A stretch of 64,000 nucleotides of DNA. It comes from Octopus sinensis (Eukaryota). Below the pieces are notes generated by a model that did no database searches, was not told where the DNA came from, and was given only the letters and a program-made list of their open reading frames with translations. Where the stretch lies: NCBI RefSeq assembly GCF_006345805.1, contig NC_042998.1, forward strand, positions 50,592,001-50,656,000, read 5' to 3'. This document shows positions 29,148 to 42,435 of the stretch, piece by piece. Numbering within the stretch: the stretch's first letter is position 1; the number at the start of each line of letters is the position of its first letter. The translations under genes and the position numbers were made by a program.

Positions 29148-30437
29148 CGAGGGGCGTTCAATAAGTAATGCCCCTGACCCACTTCCCATAGCAGTAGAGC
29201 AACGAAACTTGGCACGGTTATTAGTCTTTTTCTACATAGGAACCACCCAGAGTTACGCATTTCTCCCATTGTTTGATGCAGCTCTGGAGACCGTTTTTGT
29301 AGAAGACCCCAGCTTGGTCCTCCAACCTGAACGTGACTTCAGAAATCAAGGCTGCATCATCTGGGAAACGCTTTCCTTTCAAAAACAACTTCATGACTGG
29401 GAAGAGGTGAAAATCAGAGGGTGCAAGGTCAGGAAAGTAGGGGGATGGGGGAGGAGTTCATAGCCATACGCCTGTGCTTCTGATCTGGCGACAAGCGAGT
29501 TGTGGACCGGAGCGTTGTCCTGCAGGAGGAGGATGCCTTTGCTGATCTTGCCCCGCCTCTTGATTTTGATAACTTCTCTTAATTTCCTCAAAAGTGAAGC
29601 ATAATAGGCTCCTGCAATTGTGGTACCCTTTGCCAAGAAATCTGTCATCACTACTCCGTCCTGGTCCCAGAAGACTGTGAGCATGACCTTGCCAGCGGAG
29701 GGCTGCACCCTTGCCTTCTTTGGAGGGGGTGAGTCACGGTGCTTCCACTGCATTGACTGGGCTTTGGTCTCTGGATCATCGTGATGGACCCAGGTTTCAT
29801 CCTGTGTAATCAGTCTTTTGAAAAAGTTTGACTCATCTTCTTGGCGCATCTCCAAATTCACCTTCGAGCACTCGACGCGTTCTTGCTTCTGGAAAGGCGT
29901 GAGCAACCTGGGAATCCATCTGGCAGACACCTTTTGCATATGCAAATGGTCAGGAATGATAGTTTCCACAGACCCGGTACTAATCTTGACCTCATGGGCT
30001 ATTTGGCGAATAATTATGCGTGGATCTTCCAAAATGGCAGCCTCAACTTGACGGACAGATGCCTCATCAATGGCAGAAGGGGCGACCAGATCTGGGAGCT
30101 GTTTCCACAGAGTTCCGACCATGTTTGAATTCACGATGCCAGCGTTTTACAAGGTCATATGATGGGGCATCATCACCATAAGTTACTTTCATTTCATTAA
30201 AAGTCTCCCGTGGTGTGCGTCCTTTCAAATACAAAAACCGGATCACTGCTCGACACTCAACAGGCTCCATTTCACACTTGACTCGGTTCAAACACCTGTA
30301 AATCAGAAACCACAATTAATTGAATGCTGTAATTTGACACTTACTCTATAGAGATATAAATGATTGCACATGCAAAATTGCAGCTAGATCAAACAACTGC
30401 AAGTGGGTCAGAGGCATTACTTATTGAACGTCCCTCG
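29148..30437 (-). mobile_element. Full-length (~1.29 kb) mariner DNA transposon, irritans (Himar1-like) subfamily
   Basis: 37-bp TIRs CGAGGGGCGTTCAATAAGTAATGCCCCTGACCCACTT (left) and its reverse complement with 2 mismatches (right). TA duplication at 29146-47 and 30438-39, inside (TA)n. The internal ORF is a mariner transposase. Confidence 0.97.
29221..30270 (-). pseudogene. Mariner DD34D transposase, two frameshifts
   Basis: MEPVECRAVIRFLYLKG...RSGRP / SAIDE...WIPRLLT...QDETW...QDNAPVH...HPP / YFPDLAPSDFHLFP...GSYVEKD*. There are 34 residues between the second and third catalytic Asp. Both frameshifts fall in C homopolymers (~30080 and ~29445). Confidence 0.93.
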
Positions 30438-30483
<46 letters not shown>

Positions 30484-31869
30484 TGTATGTATGTATGTAT
30501 GTATGTATGTATGTATGTATATATGTATGTATAGGTTTGGTAGACGTGTTAAGAAGTAATTGAGATTCAGTTGAATTAGGTACTTAAGTAGAAGTCCAAG
30601 TCAGTCCGGTATTATCCGCATAGCTCGAAGTAAGGTGAATAAAATCAAAACAAGCAACAGTATATCAAGAAGTGATGCCGTACGACCTTATAACTTGTCA
30701 TTTTTCTTTTTCGTAAATAGATATTTTTTTAATTACTTAAGTCTATGTGAGATGGTTATACTATATCCATATAAACGTAAAAATATTTGTGCATGTGTGC
30801 ACATAGATAAATATGTGTGTGCATGTACACATCTTTACTTGTTCTGATTCTTGGCTTACAATTAATATATAGATAGCATATTTATCTTTCCAGTATTCCA
30901 TAAGTAAGTGCCCAGAGCAGTTTTTATAGAAACCACCTAATAAGTAAATAATTAAGTACAGGAATGAATATTAAACTGATTCTATGTAATCTTTCCTTTT
31001 TAATGTTAATAATTGATATGTACACACAATTTACCTATTTTGGTTATGATATCATTTTTGATAATCTCAAATTTTATTTTTATACAACATAATATTGTTT
31101 ATAAACAATGGGGTAGTATATCATAGTGCCCCATGATAAAATTTCCTCTGTATTAGCATCATAGGTTTTATTAGCGTCTTGCCCCTTTAACTGGTAATTA
31201 ACATCATTATTTAGGGTCTTCCCCAACCCAGCCTCGTTTTATAGACAGTTATTCTGTACCCAATTTACTACTAATGGCTTGACAATATTTATGAGCTGTC
31301 AACTCACTCTTGCCATTCGTTCCAATCACAGTCCTCTAGTCTTAGATTTAGTAGTTGATAAAAAGACAAATAAATTAGAAATGAACCGCAATCCTTTACA
31401 AGCTATGACCACAGTGGGCTTCATGCCTTTCTTGGAAGTGTAGTCTATTCTTAGCTATGATAGCGACAACATAGATTTCCTCCATCTTCTTGCTCTGTCA
31501 AAGTATTTGAGAAAAATTATATTAATGCATCCATCTGATTAAAATTTTATTTATTTGTGCAGCTGATGATAGCTCTGTATTTAAATCGATGCAATGATTG
31601 CAGATATATATATATATATATTTAAAAAAGGAGATGTGGAACACGAGTTGTGATATTTAAAAAAAGGAAATGAAGAAAATGCTGACAAAAGTAAGGGAGA
31701 GTGTATTTAATTAGGTGAAAGTTCTTTTTACCGGTTGCGCATTTGTTATGCTTATCAAAAGATATTTTTTAAAGAGAGATAGAGTTCCTTTCTGATAGAT
31801 TTTTTCTCTTATCTGATAAGAGAAAAAATCTAATGTGAAGGCGCATCAATCTAAGATTAATCACTTTAA

Positions 31870-32076
31870 CCCTATAGTATTAATATTTCTTTGTCAAATG
31901 TAATTTTATTCATATTGTTTTGAATTAATCATGCATTATCTTATAGCTTCAAGATTTTTATGATGTAAATGTTTATTTTTAGAATAACATCGTGAGGTAG
32001 GTGTGAGTGGCCAGATACGGCTGGTTTGAACATAAGCATATTTGAACCTGATATGGCCGGCTTAAATGCTAAAGGG
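31870..32076. mobile_element. piggyBac-type MITE, 207 bp
   Basis: TTAA|CCCTATAGTATT ... AATGCTAAAGGG|TTAA (TTAA duplication, CCCT/AGGG ends). Confidence 0.75.
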
Positions 32077-34664
32077 TTAAAAATGCTAAAATGATGGGAA
32101 GTCATTATTCAATTTCGATTGGCTTTTGCAAAAATGTTTTCTCTCTCCGACGATGGACTTGACGTGATGTGAATGAATTCTCTTTTACATCACAGCAGGC
32201 AAACGAATTCTTATTTGCAAAATCTGGTAAATAATTTTTACCGACGCGGATAACCACTTCAGTATTTGCAATCCTACACGAACTCATGCGATTTCAAAGT
32301 GAGATTTATGATTTCAGAATGAGGCTTTGAAATCACTTTTCTCACTTCAGAGCGGGAATAGCGGTTCCAGAATCAGAAGCAAGCTATAACAATGGGAATA
32401 ACAGTTTTGTAGTTTGACCTCCTGTCATTGAAAAAGAACAGATTTGTCGTTTTGTCTTGTTTATACAGAATATCACACTGAAGTGCGTGTGTGTATGTGT
32501 TCCAAGCAGTGTCATATTCCATTTTGGCGTATTCAACCACACTGAATCTCATTATTAAAATTTTATATTTTATTATGGATTTTTATAAGAACTTGCAGGA
32601 TTATGTAAAAGTGAATGCAAATTCGCATATTACATTAGTTTATAAATGAACAGTACCAACAGAGGATATACATACTCTGCAACAGGGTAAAAAAAATATG
32701 TGCTATTTGCAAAACCAAAATCAGTATGCAGTTCACTCGCCATAGAAACACAATATCACAAATTCACTTATTCGTGTTTGTTTTGTGAAAAAATATTCAA
32801 TTACTACAGTTTGATGTATAATATACAAAGCGACATAAACAATACAATTTCAAAGCCTCATGTAATTATAAATTTTATCAAGGAGAAAAAGTTCCGAGAA
32901 AAAAATTGCGTTTTTATTGAATCGTTGACGAGTTAAGTCATTCTAAGTTTTAAGTGTAATGTACTCACTTTGAAATTGTTAATCTCACTTTGATGCGGTA
33001 TATGCTCTCTTGGACATTATATAGTATCAACTTGTTGAGTTGAACTATGCTCACTTTAAAATTGCTTTCCTAATTGAAATGATACATGCTCACTTTGAAA
33101 TTGTTATTTTCACTTTGAAGCTACATGTGCTGACTTAGAACTACCAATGCTGTAGTTACCGTAGATCCTGATTTCATAGCTCTTTTCATTGCTCTCAGCT
33201 TTTTATATTAAAGTATGTGAGGGAGTGAGACAGAGAGAGGGGGAGAATATACACATTCGACTGAGGACAAACAGAATTGTTGTTATGTAGCCTCAGATCA
33301 TCTTCGATTAAGCAGATCTATGATCAAAGACACTATGGCCATCACTTTCTCATTATAATTTTTTTCAGGCTTTGCGTACCTAAGGTTACTTTATCCAATG
33401 TTTATTTAGATTTTGTAATGTAGTATGTGCGTGCGTGTGTTACTTGAGGGAGATTTGGCTGCTATTTCTGACAAGTTGAGCGACTACGTAGAGTATTCTT
33501 TATTACTTCAGTCGAGGTTTTGTAGTACACTTTAAAAGCAAATAGCTATACAGTGTCTTCTATGGCCATCTCCTTTTTGGTGGAGTTACTTTTATCTTTT
33601 ATCTTTTACTTGTCTCAGTCATTGGACTGCAGCCATGCTGGGGCACCGCTTGAAGGGCTTTAGTCGAACTATTCAGTTCAAAACTTCCTTTTAATTTTAC
33701 TTGCTTCAATCAGTAGACTTACCCAAGCTGCTACGCAGTGGGACTGAACCCGGATCTATGTGGTTGGGAAGCAAGTTTCTTACCATACAGTCACGCTTGC
33801 ACTTACTGTTATGTTGTTTGTTTGTTTGTTTGTTTGTTTTTCTTAGGCACCTCCACCATCCATTGCCGGCTTACTAGGTCTGTCGTAGCTTCATCGTAAT
33901 GCTCATTTTTGCTGAGTAGACTGGAGCAACGCGAAAGGAAGCGTTTTGCGCAAGAACACAGCGTGTCACCCGGTCCAGGAATCGAAACCACGATCTTACG
34001 ATCATGAGTCCAACACCCTAACCACTAAACTACGTGCCTCCACCATATTGTTTGCGTATTACGCCGATTTTGTTGTGAAAGCTTGTTTAGTATTTGAAGG
34101 TAATTGAATAGTAAATGGCGCTGTATTGGTTGCGTATTGAGAAAGTCCCATGACTTTTTTTTTTATTCTGAGTTGCACACGTATCGAGTAATCGATAAAC
34201 TAAAATACCACAAAGCTGCTAATTTCTCCTTGCTTCAAAATTCCTAAAATCGTGCATAAATTAGAAACCATTACTATTATTAGAGATCTGAGAGAATCGT
34301 TAGAGCGTCGAAAAAATGCTTTGCGACATTTGTTTTGGCTCTATATATTCCGAGTTCAAATCCTGCCGACGCACTAGCGTAGCTAGTGTGTGTGTGCCGC
34401 CCGGGACAGCCCTTCATTTTTCCACCACAAAAAATACATATTGCTTACAGTAGACTCAAAAGTGGTGCTGCCCCATAAAAGTGCAGCCCAGTGTGCCGAC
34501 TTCAATTTTGTGTTTCATCTCTTCAGAGTTGATATAAGGTGAGGTAATAATGTTGATGGTTTCGACTAACACTAGACCCTCCGAATTGCTGGCCTCGTGC
34601 CCAAATCAGAAGCAATTATTTTGCTTATTGCTACTGACTTTACCGAGAAAAGATGGAGTTTAAA

Positions 34665-34870
34665 GTTATTCTTTTACTTGTTTCAGTCATTTGACTGCAG
34701 CCATGCTAGAGCACTGCCTTTAGTCGAGCTAATCGACCCCAAGACTTATTCTTTGTAAGCCTAGTACTTATTCTATAGTTCTCTTTTGCCGAACCGCTAA
34801 GTTACGGGGACGTAAACACAACAGCATCGGTTGTCAAGCGATGTTGGGGGGACAAACACAAACACACACA
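34665..34870 (+). mobile_element. SINE-like repeat, family 3 (orientation as written). Other copies: 4585-4755 reverse, 59495-59700, partials at 5820, 17450, 33590
   Basis: CTTGTTTCAGTCATTTGACTGC.GCCATGCT.GAGCAC.GCC...GCCGAACCGCTAAGTTACGGGGACGTAAACAC. Confidence 0.8.
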
Positions 34871-35890
34871 CACATATATATACATATATATATATATATT
34901 TATGTATGTATGTATGTATATGACGAGCTTCTTTCACTCACAAGGCTTTCGTCGGCCCGAGGTTATAGTAGAAGATTCTTGCCCAAGGTGCCACGCAGTG
35001 GGACTGAACCCGGAACTATGTGGTTGGTAAGCAAGCTTCTTACCACACAGCCACTCCTGCACCTTATATATAAAGTTTTGATATTACTTCTTTTTTTGAC
35101 AAGTAAAATAGTCGCAGTTATTCTTATTACATCGATGAAGAGGAAAAGAAACTCGGGATAAGAATTTTATTATTCGTTGCATGTTCCATTTGTGCAGATA
35201 GAACCATATATACAACGTAGCTTCAATGATATTTGTATTTTTGTAAGCAATGTTTTCCTCATAACGACGGTGGCTACCTTTTTCCTCCGAAAGAAATCGA
35301 AATAATACACTAAAACAAATCCAATTTATGCGTCCATGCCGATAATACGAATAACAGTAACAACAACGAGAACAATAACGGTAACGAACACAATACGAAG
35401 TGCAACAACACCAAAAATAACGACCACTACAATACGAATAACAACGACAACAACATAATCATTGAAATTATACAGAAACGAACAGTAATGGCTACTACAC
35501 AACAGCAACGTGGATGATGACAATGGTAAGGATAAAAGCGCCAAATAAAATTAAAATGAATACTTTCGTTCGTGTATCTTAAGCAACAATACAATTCGAC
35601 GACACAATAATACAGGAAAGGAAACAATAAGTCTATGAGGGAATTACACTTCAGAAAATAATTTTAATAAACAAACCGAGAATTGCATGATAAACATCCG
35701 TTGTATCTTTTGAAAGCAAGAGGAAGTTTTCGATTAAATCAACCTAGGAGAGAGAAATTTGACATTGCAATTAAAGGTGTAAGGCCACGTTGACCAAGAT
35801 GGATTCGAGAGTGTAATTAAATGCATAAAAGTCTAACACAGCATGTGAAAGGGAAGCCTCACTGTAAGATTCGTTGTTTTGTCTTGTGTG

Positions 35891-35922
<32 letters not shown>

Positions 35923-36158
35923 CATACATACATACATACATACATACATACATACATACATACATACATACATAGAATGAAACTGTTGACAGACAATACG
36001 TAAACTTCATTGCAAAAGATTCGTGTCATTCTGCTTTTCTAAGATTATTTTTTAAATAGTTAATAACTTTTAAGTAAAATCTCTCTTCGAAAACGGCGAC
36101 TTTCTCACTTGTTGCAATAAGTTGTACACACACACATATGTACTGTATGTGTGTGTGC

Positions 36159-36541
36159 GTGGAGGCGCAATGGCCCAGTGGTTAGGGCAGCGAACTCGCG
36201 GTCGTAGGATCGCGGTTTCGATTCCCAGACCGGGCGTTGTGAGTGTTTATTGAGCGAAAACATCTAAAGCTCCACGAGGCTCCGGCAGGGATGGTGGTGA
36301 TCCCTGCTGTACTCTTTCACCACAACTTTCTCTCACTCTTACTTCCTGTTTCTGTTGTACCTGTATTTCAAAGGGCCGGCCTTGTCACTCTCTGTGTCAC
36401 GCTGAATATCCCCGAGAACTACGTTAAGGGTACACGTGTCTGTGGAGTGCTCAGACACTTACACGTTAATTTCACGAGCAGGCTGTTCCGTTGATCGGAT
36501 CAACAGGAACCCTCGTCGTCGTAACCGACGGAGTGCTTCCA
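36159..36541 (+). mobile_element. tRNA-headed SINE (head A plus tail 2)
   Basis: A box TGGCCCAGTGG and B box GGTTTCGATTCC; 3' body shared with 38311-38635. Confidence 0.85.
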
Positions 36542-36865
36542 AATGTGTGTGTAGTGTGTATAATGATAATAATGATAATAATCCTTTCTACTAAAGGCAC
36601 AAGACCTGAAATTTTGGGGGAGGGGACTAGTGGTTTACATCGACCCCAGTGTTTCTCTGATACCTAATTTATCGACCCCTACAGGATGAAAGGCAAAATC
36701 GACCCTGGCGAAATTTGAACGTAAAGACGGACAAAATGCCGCCAAACATTTTGCTCGGCGTGCTAACAATTCTACCAGCTCACCGCCTTAATAGCAATAA
36801 TAATAATGATGATAAAAATAATAATGATAATAATAATTTATATTATTATTATTGTTATTGTTATA

Positions 36866-36921
<56 letters not shown>

Positions 36922-37377
36922 CACTATTATTATTGTTGTTGTTGTTGTTTCAAATTTTGGCTCAAGGCCAGCAATTGCGAGAGGAGTAAGCTGATTACAT
37001 CGACTCAGTGACCAACTGGTACTTATTTTATCGACCCCGAAGGGATGAAACATAAAATCAATGTTGGTGGAATTCGAACAACTGAAAATATTGCTTATAT
37101 TTAAAATCTTAATCCTGTATTATTTGCAGCTTTGAGATCAGCCTCGGGGAAATTAAGAAACGAACCAACAACCATGGTAGTTAACACTCAGCAAGTAATG
37201 CTTGAAAAAAGACACAGTGACTGAATTTCCTTCTCCGACAAATAGGCATTCACAAAACCAAGTTCTAACAACGAAAAGATGAAGGATGGAACTGACGATC
37301 AGAATTTTCTCCAGTCACAAACATCGTATACGGGCGTTATTCTTCAGACGATATTGTGAAAGATGGCGTTACAGTGG

Positions 37378-38273
37378 ATGATGTGGTATCAAAAGATTTC
37401 AGGAATAGTTCTGTAGCACACCAACTGATGGCAGCACACGGTTGCGTGCGCAATGAGAGCTAGCAGTGACCTCCATGAAGCAGTTTGCTGAATGACATCG
37501 CTGTGTTTACTTCGCAAGTTGTGAAATTTGTGGTTTTGTCATCACGTGTATAGCTGTAGTTATGGATGTTGTCATGGTCAGGAAGTTGGAACAAAAGAGC
37601 CAACGTGAAATTTCGCGTTAAACTTGTGAAGTCTGCTACAGAGACATTCAGCATGCTTTCGGCAAGCTTACTGTGACGAGTTAGCGGGTCGTACGCCATG
37701 TTTCGAGTGGCATAGAATAACGTCAAAAGTGGAAGCCCGTCCAAGGAAGAAGATGAGCGATCAGGAAGATCTGCCATGAGTGTCGACCCCGGAAATGAGG
37801 ATCGTCGCAAAACAATCAACGACGTTTTGAAGCATTTGAAAGAGGATATTTGGCGAAAGCGACCGGATCTGTGGAGCGAGAAGAATTAAATTCTTCGCAG
37901 TGACAATGTACCCTATCACTGAACTCTCCTCACTCGTGAGTTTCTCGTCAAAATCAACATGGTATCGCTTGGTATTACTTTGCTTCTGCAACCACCTTAT
38001 TCACCAGATTTAGCACCTGCGAACTTCCATGTCTTCCTGAAGATGAAAATGGAGCTCAAAGGTCGCCATTTTAACACCGTTGTTGAGAATAAAAGTAAAT
38101 CGCAGATGATACTCGACTCGCTTACGGAAAACCACTTCCAGTCCGGATTCCCAAAGAGACCGGTGTATTGCTGGGCAAGGTGACTATTTCGAAGGAGATG
38201 ATGTTAAAACTTAGGTAAATAAGTTATTTTTTATTAAGCATAACTAGTCTAGGAACTTTGTGAAACCACTTAT
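37378..38273 (+). mobile_element. Internally deleted, decayed mariner
   Basis: Degenerate TIRs GTGGTATCAAAAGATTTCAGGAATAGT and ACTAGTCTAGGAACTTTGTGAAACCAC. Peptide fragments LEQRANVKF..KSATETFSML, RKRPDLWSEKN, PPYSPDLAPANF..KMELKGRHF. Confidence 0.85.
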
Positions 38274-38310
38274 TCTCAATGATTGAGCCGGTGACTTGAT
38301 CTGGTTTATA

Positions 38311-38635
38311 GGAGCACTCCGTCGGTTACGAAGACGAGGGTCCCAGCTGATACGAACAACGGAACAGCTTGCGCGTGAAATTAACGTGCAAGTGACTGAG
38401 CAATCCACAGACACGTGTACTCTTAACATAGTTCTCAGGGAGATTCAGCGTGACACAGAGTGTGACAAGGCCGGCCCTTTGAAATACAGGTACAACTTAT
38501 TTTTGCCAGCTGACTGGACTGGAGCAACGCGAAATAAAGTGTCTTGCTCAAGGACACAACGCGTCGCCAGGAATTGAACTCACGACCTTACAATCGTAAA
38601 CCGAATGCCCTAACCACTTAGCCACGCGCCTTCAC
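38311..38635 (-). mobile_element. tRNA/CORE-like SINE (head B plus tail 2)
   Basis: Head GTGAAGGCGCGTGGCTAAGTGGTTAGGG, CORE-like TGTGTCCTTGAGCAAGACACT, tail identical in layout to 36355-36540. Confidence 0.8.
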
Positions 38636-39403
38636 ATCTGGTTTATAACTGTCTGTAAAACCACTATTACAAGAAGACAGTGTATTGCAGAAAAAGGCAA
38701 CTCGGGGTTGTTGGTCACAAAGGTAATTGCTCCGCGGTGTCAAAGCTGAATTTCTGTGAGTGCGTGTATGTGTCTATGAGAGAGGGGGAGGAGGGGAGGA
38801 GGAAAGAGAGAGTGAGTGTGAGTGAGTATGTGTGGTTGTTTGTGTGTTCGTACACAAATTTGCATAAGGCATTAGTGTTTTTCAATATTGTGTAATATGC
38901 AAGAATAATGTATGGTTTAATGAAAGAAATGCCAGTTGAAAATTTTTGCGATTTTATCTGATTTCGTAGACCTGAGAATAGCAGATGTACATGTTTACTA
39001 AGATATTTAAACCAAGACCAAACTACTGAGATAATCTACTCTCATAAAATAAACGTAATCTGAGATCAATGGTGAAGCAGGTGCTAGGTACGGTTATTCA
39101 TATTTCCACGTTCATTTTTGTTGTTGTTATTGTTATCATTATTGTTGTTGTTGTTGATAGATGAACCTAAAACATCCTGAAGGAAGAGTAAGGCTAGATA
39201 ACATTTGTTGTTGTTATTGTTGTTGTGATTGTTGTTATTTTCATTTTTGTTGTTACTGTAGCTGCTAGTGCTGGTTGTGGTGGCGGCGGTGGTAGTTGTT
39301 GTGGTGGTGATGGTGGTTTAGTTACTGTTGTTGTTGCTGCTGCTGCTGAGCACTGACATCAAACATGCCTACCAATGGCATTCCAGTCATTCCTCGTCTA
39401 ACC

Positions 39404-39422
39404 CTCTCTCTCTCTCTCTCTA

Positions 39423-39458
<36 letters not shown>

Positions 39459-39461
39459 CTC

Positions 39462-39555
<94 letters not shown>
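39404..39555. repeat. (CT)n microsatellite
   Basis: Read directly from the sequence. Confidence 0.97.
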
Positions 39556-39973
39556 CAGGCATAGTATATTTACAACTTCGTTTTCCTATATTCTTACGTA
39601 TGATTACAAGGTTTATTTGAAGGTGAATATTTCACTGTATTTCTACCAAGTTCAACGAACTACTTGATGTTACGAGAACATAATGAAACCATTCATCTCC
39701 CTCGGAACAAATGTAGAGTAATGATCGTGATTTCGATTCCAGATCCGTGAGGTGCGTTCTGTTCTTGAAAAAAAAACACTTCATTTCACGTTGCTCTGTG
39801 ATCACTTCAACGTCTGACATGTGAGAGTGAGCTCCTATACAGCACAGACATTTTATCACAATAAAAAATATCATTCGTGCAATAAGCTTAGCAATAAGTT
39901 GCTTAGCAATACGTTGCAGAACACTCATCTGTCGTTTACAACTGGCGAATACGCCACATCTTTTATATATATA

Positions 39974-40371
39974 CTAGCAGTATCGCCCGGCGTTGCTCGG
40001 CGTTTGTAAGGGAAATAACTATATAATAATTTTTAGAGAGTTATAGCCAAAAAATAGCAAGAAAATGCATTAAAAATGGAAAAGAAATTATGGTCATTTT
40101 TTAAAAATCGTTGACTCATCGTAGACATTTTTAGAGAGTTACTTCCCTTATATAATAGCGAAAAAATGCATTAAAAATGGGAAAAATTATGGTAAATTTT
40201 TTTTTAAATCGTAGACTCATCGTAGACGCGCGCTAATACCCAGAAGAGCTCGAAATGAATCACGACTATAAGATACCCACTTTTGGGTACACTGCACCGC
40301 AAAATGTGGGACTAGTTAGGAATCTAAATCGTAGGAGACAGACACACAACTTCACTTTTATATATATATAT
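39974..40371 (-). mobile_element. Non-autonomous Helitron with an internal ~100-bp tandem duplication
   Basis: 3' hairpin CCGAGCAACGCCGGG plus CTAG|T. 5' end TATATATAAAAGTGAAG. Two copies of ATTTTTAGAGAGTTA...GACTCATCGTAGAC. Confidence 0.75.
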
Positions 40372-40740
40372 TTCAATAACGCTTCTAGTGCAACCTGCTT
40401 TCGTTTCTGTTTCGTAATATTTCATCGTACTTCATGTAACACTTCTTGACGTAGGCATTCAATGAAGGCCTTGTACAATTAACAATAACATTATCTCGTC
40501 AAGCAGGCTTGTCACATTCATATCAGCTTATTGATGATTAAAGAATATATTTTCCCATTCTCTGATTATAAGAGAATAAAAACTCTTCTTAATTGAATTA
40601 TACTAAGTTACATTTTTTATTGAATTTATATTTTGTTTTAACTGAATTTATATTAACCACTCTCTCTTTATCAAACTGTGTATCAGTCTAAATTCAGAAA
40701 AAGTTATCAAGTGATATTGTTGTTTAATATATATATATAT

Positions 40741-40912
40741 AGGGAGAGTTCACGAAAAAAAACAAAAGACGAAGACAGGTGATGTATAAAACAAACAGAT
40801 GTATTAGTATAACGCTCAGGAATTGAAAAAGTCTTTTATGTTTCGAGCCTACGCTCTTCTACAGAAAGGGACACAGAAAAAAACAAGGAGAGAAAAAATG
40901 TGTGTAGTGGCT

Positions 40913-40917
<5 letters not shown>
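40741..40917 (-). repeat. ~180-bp (TA)n-bounded repeat with an HHR-like motif (copy 2)
   Basis: Motif CUUU CUGUAGA A GAGC-GUAG-GCUC GAAA CA UA AAAG at 40868-40833. Confidence 0.6.
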
Positions 40918-40985
<68 letters not shown>

Positions 40986-41864
40986 TATATTAATATTTTA
41001 TTTGCATATTACCCTAACCACTGAATCACATGCCTTCATTCTTGTGTGTACGCGCGCACACACCTACATACATACATACATACACACATTATATGAAGAT
41101 CTAATGTTGACTTATTTATGATTTAAGATATAATTTGACAGAGATTTGAACTACTATTTCTAGCACATCTCAGCGACTATGTAACAGCTTCCAATGTAGT
41201 TAGAGTTAGCAGTAAGCATACGAAGAAAATGACCTCGCACATCATATAGTAAGTATTCTTATAAGTGGAAAATCATAAACCCGGTTCAGAAAGCCTTTCA
41301 GCATTTTTGTTATGCAAATTACATACAGAATATTGTTATAAACGAGACGAAACTTCAACCATTTGAAATACGATGCACAATCTAACTAAATGCTCGACCA
41401 CTATCATCGACATCGCCCCATACATCATTTCCGCTTTCTACAAATGATAAATCGGAGAATTGATCGTTCTGTTCACCATAAATGTCTTAACACAACCTTA
41501 ATAGATATTGAATGATTTGACAGCAGGAAGAGAATTGTTCGATCGATCAGTATAGATGCGCATGCTTTTTAGACAAAGGCGAAATCTCTATTACTGATGA
41601 TTTAGTGATCCGGATTGTTATATTATTTCAATAAACCCATCGTGATAATGCTTTTTTTTTTCTTTTTCCTTTTTACTCTTTCTACATCTCTTTCACCTTC
41701 TCCCTATCTCATGTTCATTCATACAGACACGCACCTTTGCCCTTACGTATATAAACAGATGCAAATGTATGAATGGGTAAACATGATACTCAACCACACA
41801 ATGATACTAGTGAAACTATCGATAGATAGTGTACTGTATATAAAAAGGAAATATTGGTTTCAAA

Positions 41865-42435
41865 TTTTGGCACAAGGCCAGTAATTTCGGGGGAAATGGT
41901 TAAGTCGATTACATCGATCCCAGTGCTCAAATGGCTTTTATTTTATAGACCTCGAAATGATGAAAGGCAAAGTCGACCCCGGCAGATTTTGAACTCAGAA
42001 TGTGAAGACAGACGAAATGCCTATTTCTTTACTACCCACAAGGCGCTAAACACAGACGGGACAAACAAAGAAAGACAAACGGATTAAGTCGACTACATCG
42101 ACCCCAGTATTCAAATGGCTTTCATCTTATAGTCTTCGAAATGATTAAAGGCAAAGTCAACCCCGGCAGATTTTGAACTCAGAATGTAAAGATAGACGAA
42201 ATGCCTATTTCTTTACTACCCACAAGGCGTTAAAAACAGAGACGACAAACAAGGATAGACAAACGGATTAAGTCGATTATATCGACCCTAGTGCGTAACT
42301 GGTACTTAATTTATCGACCCCGAAAAGATGAAAGGCAAAGTCGACCTCAGCAGAATTTGAACTCAGAATATAAAGACAGACGAAATGCCGCTAAGCATTT
42401 TTCCCGGTGTGCCTAATGATTCTGTCAGACCACCG
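41865..42435 (-). mobile_element. Head-to-tail trimer of SINE family 1
   Basis: Three ~180-bp units joined at GACGAAAT|GCCTATTTCTTTACTACC (~42010 and ~42196). Confidence 0.85.

Noticed and set aside
34349-34500. Insert in a SINE starting CACTAGCGTAGCTAG (hAT-like) with GCCGAC on both sides
   Set aside because: Only one recognisable end and a 6-bp repeat, too weak to call.
36159-36235. tRNA-like sequences here and at other SINE heads
   Set aside because: They continue directly into SINE bodies and lack a clean acceptor stem, so they are not called as tRNA genes.
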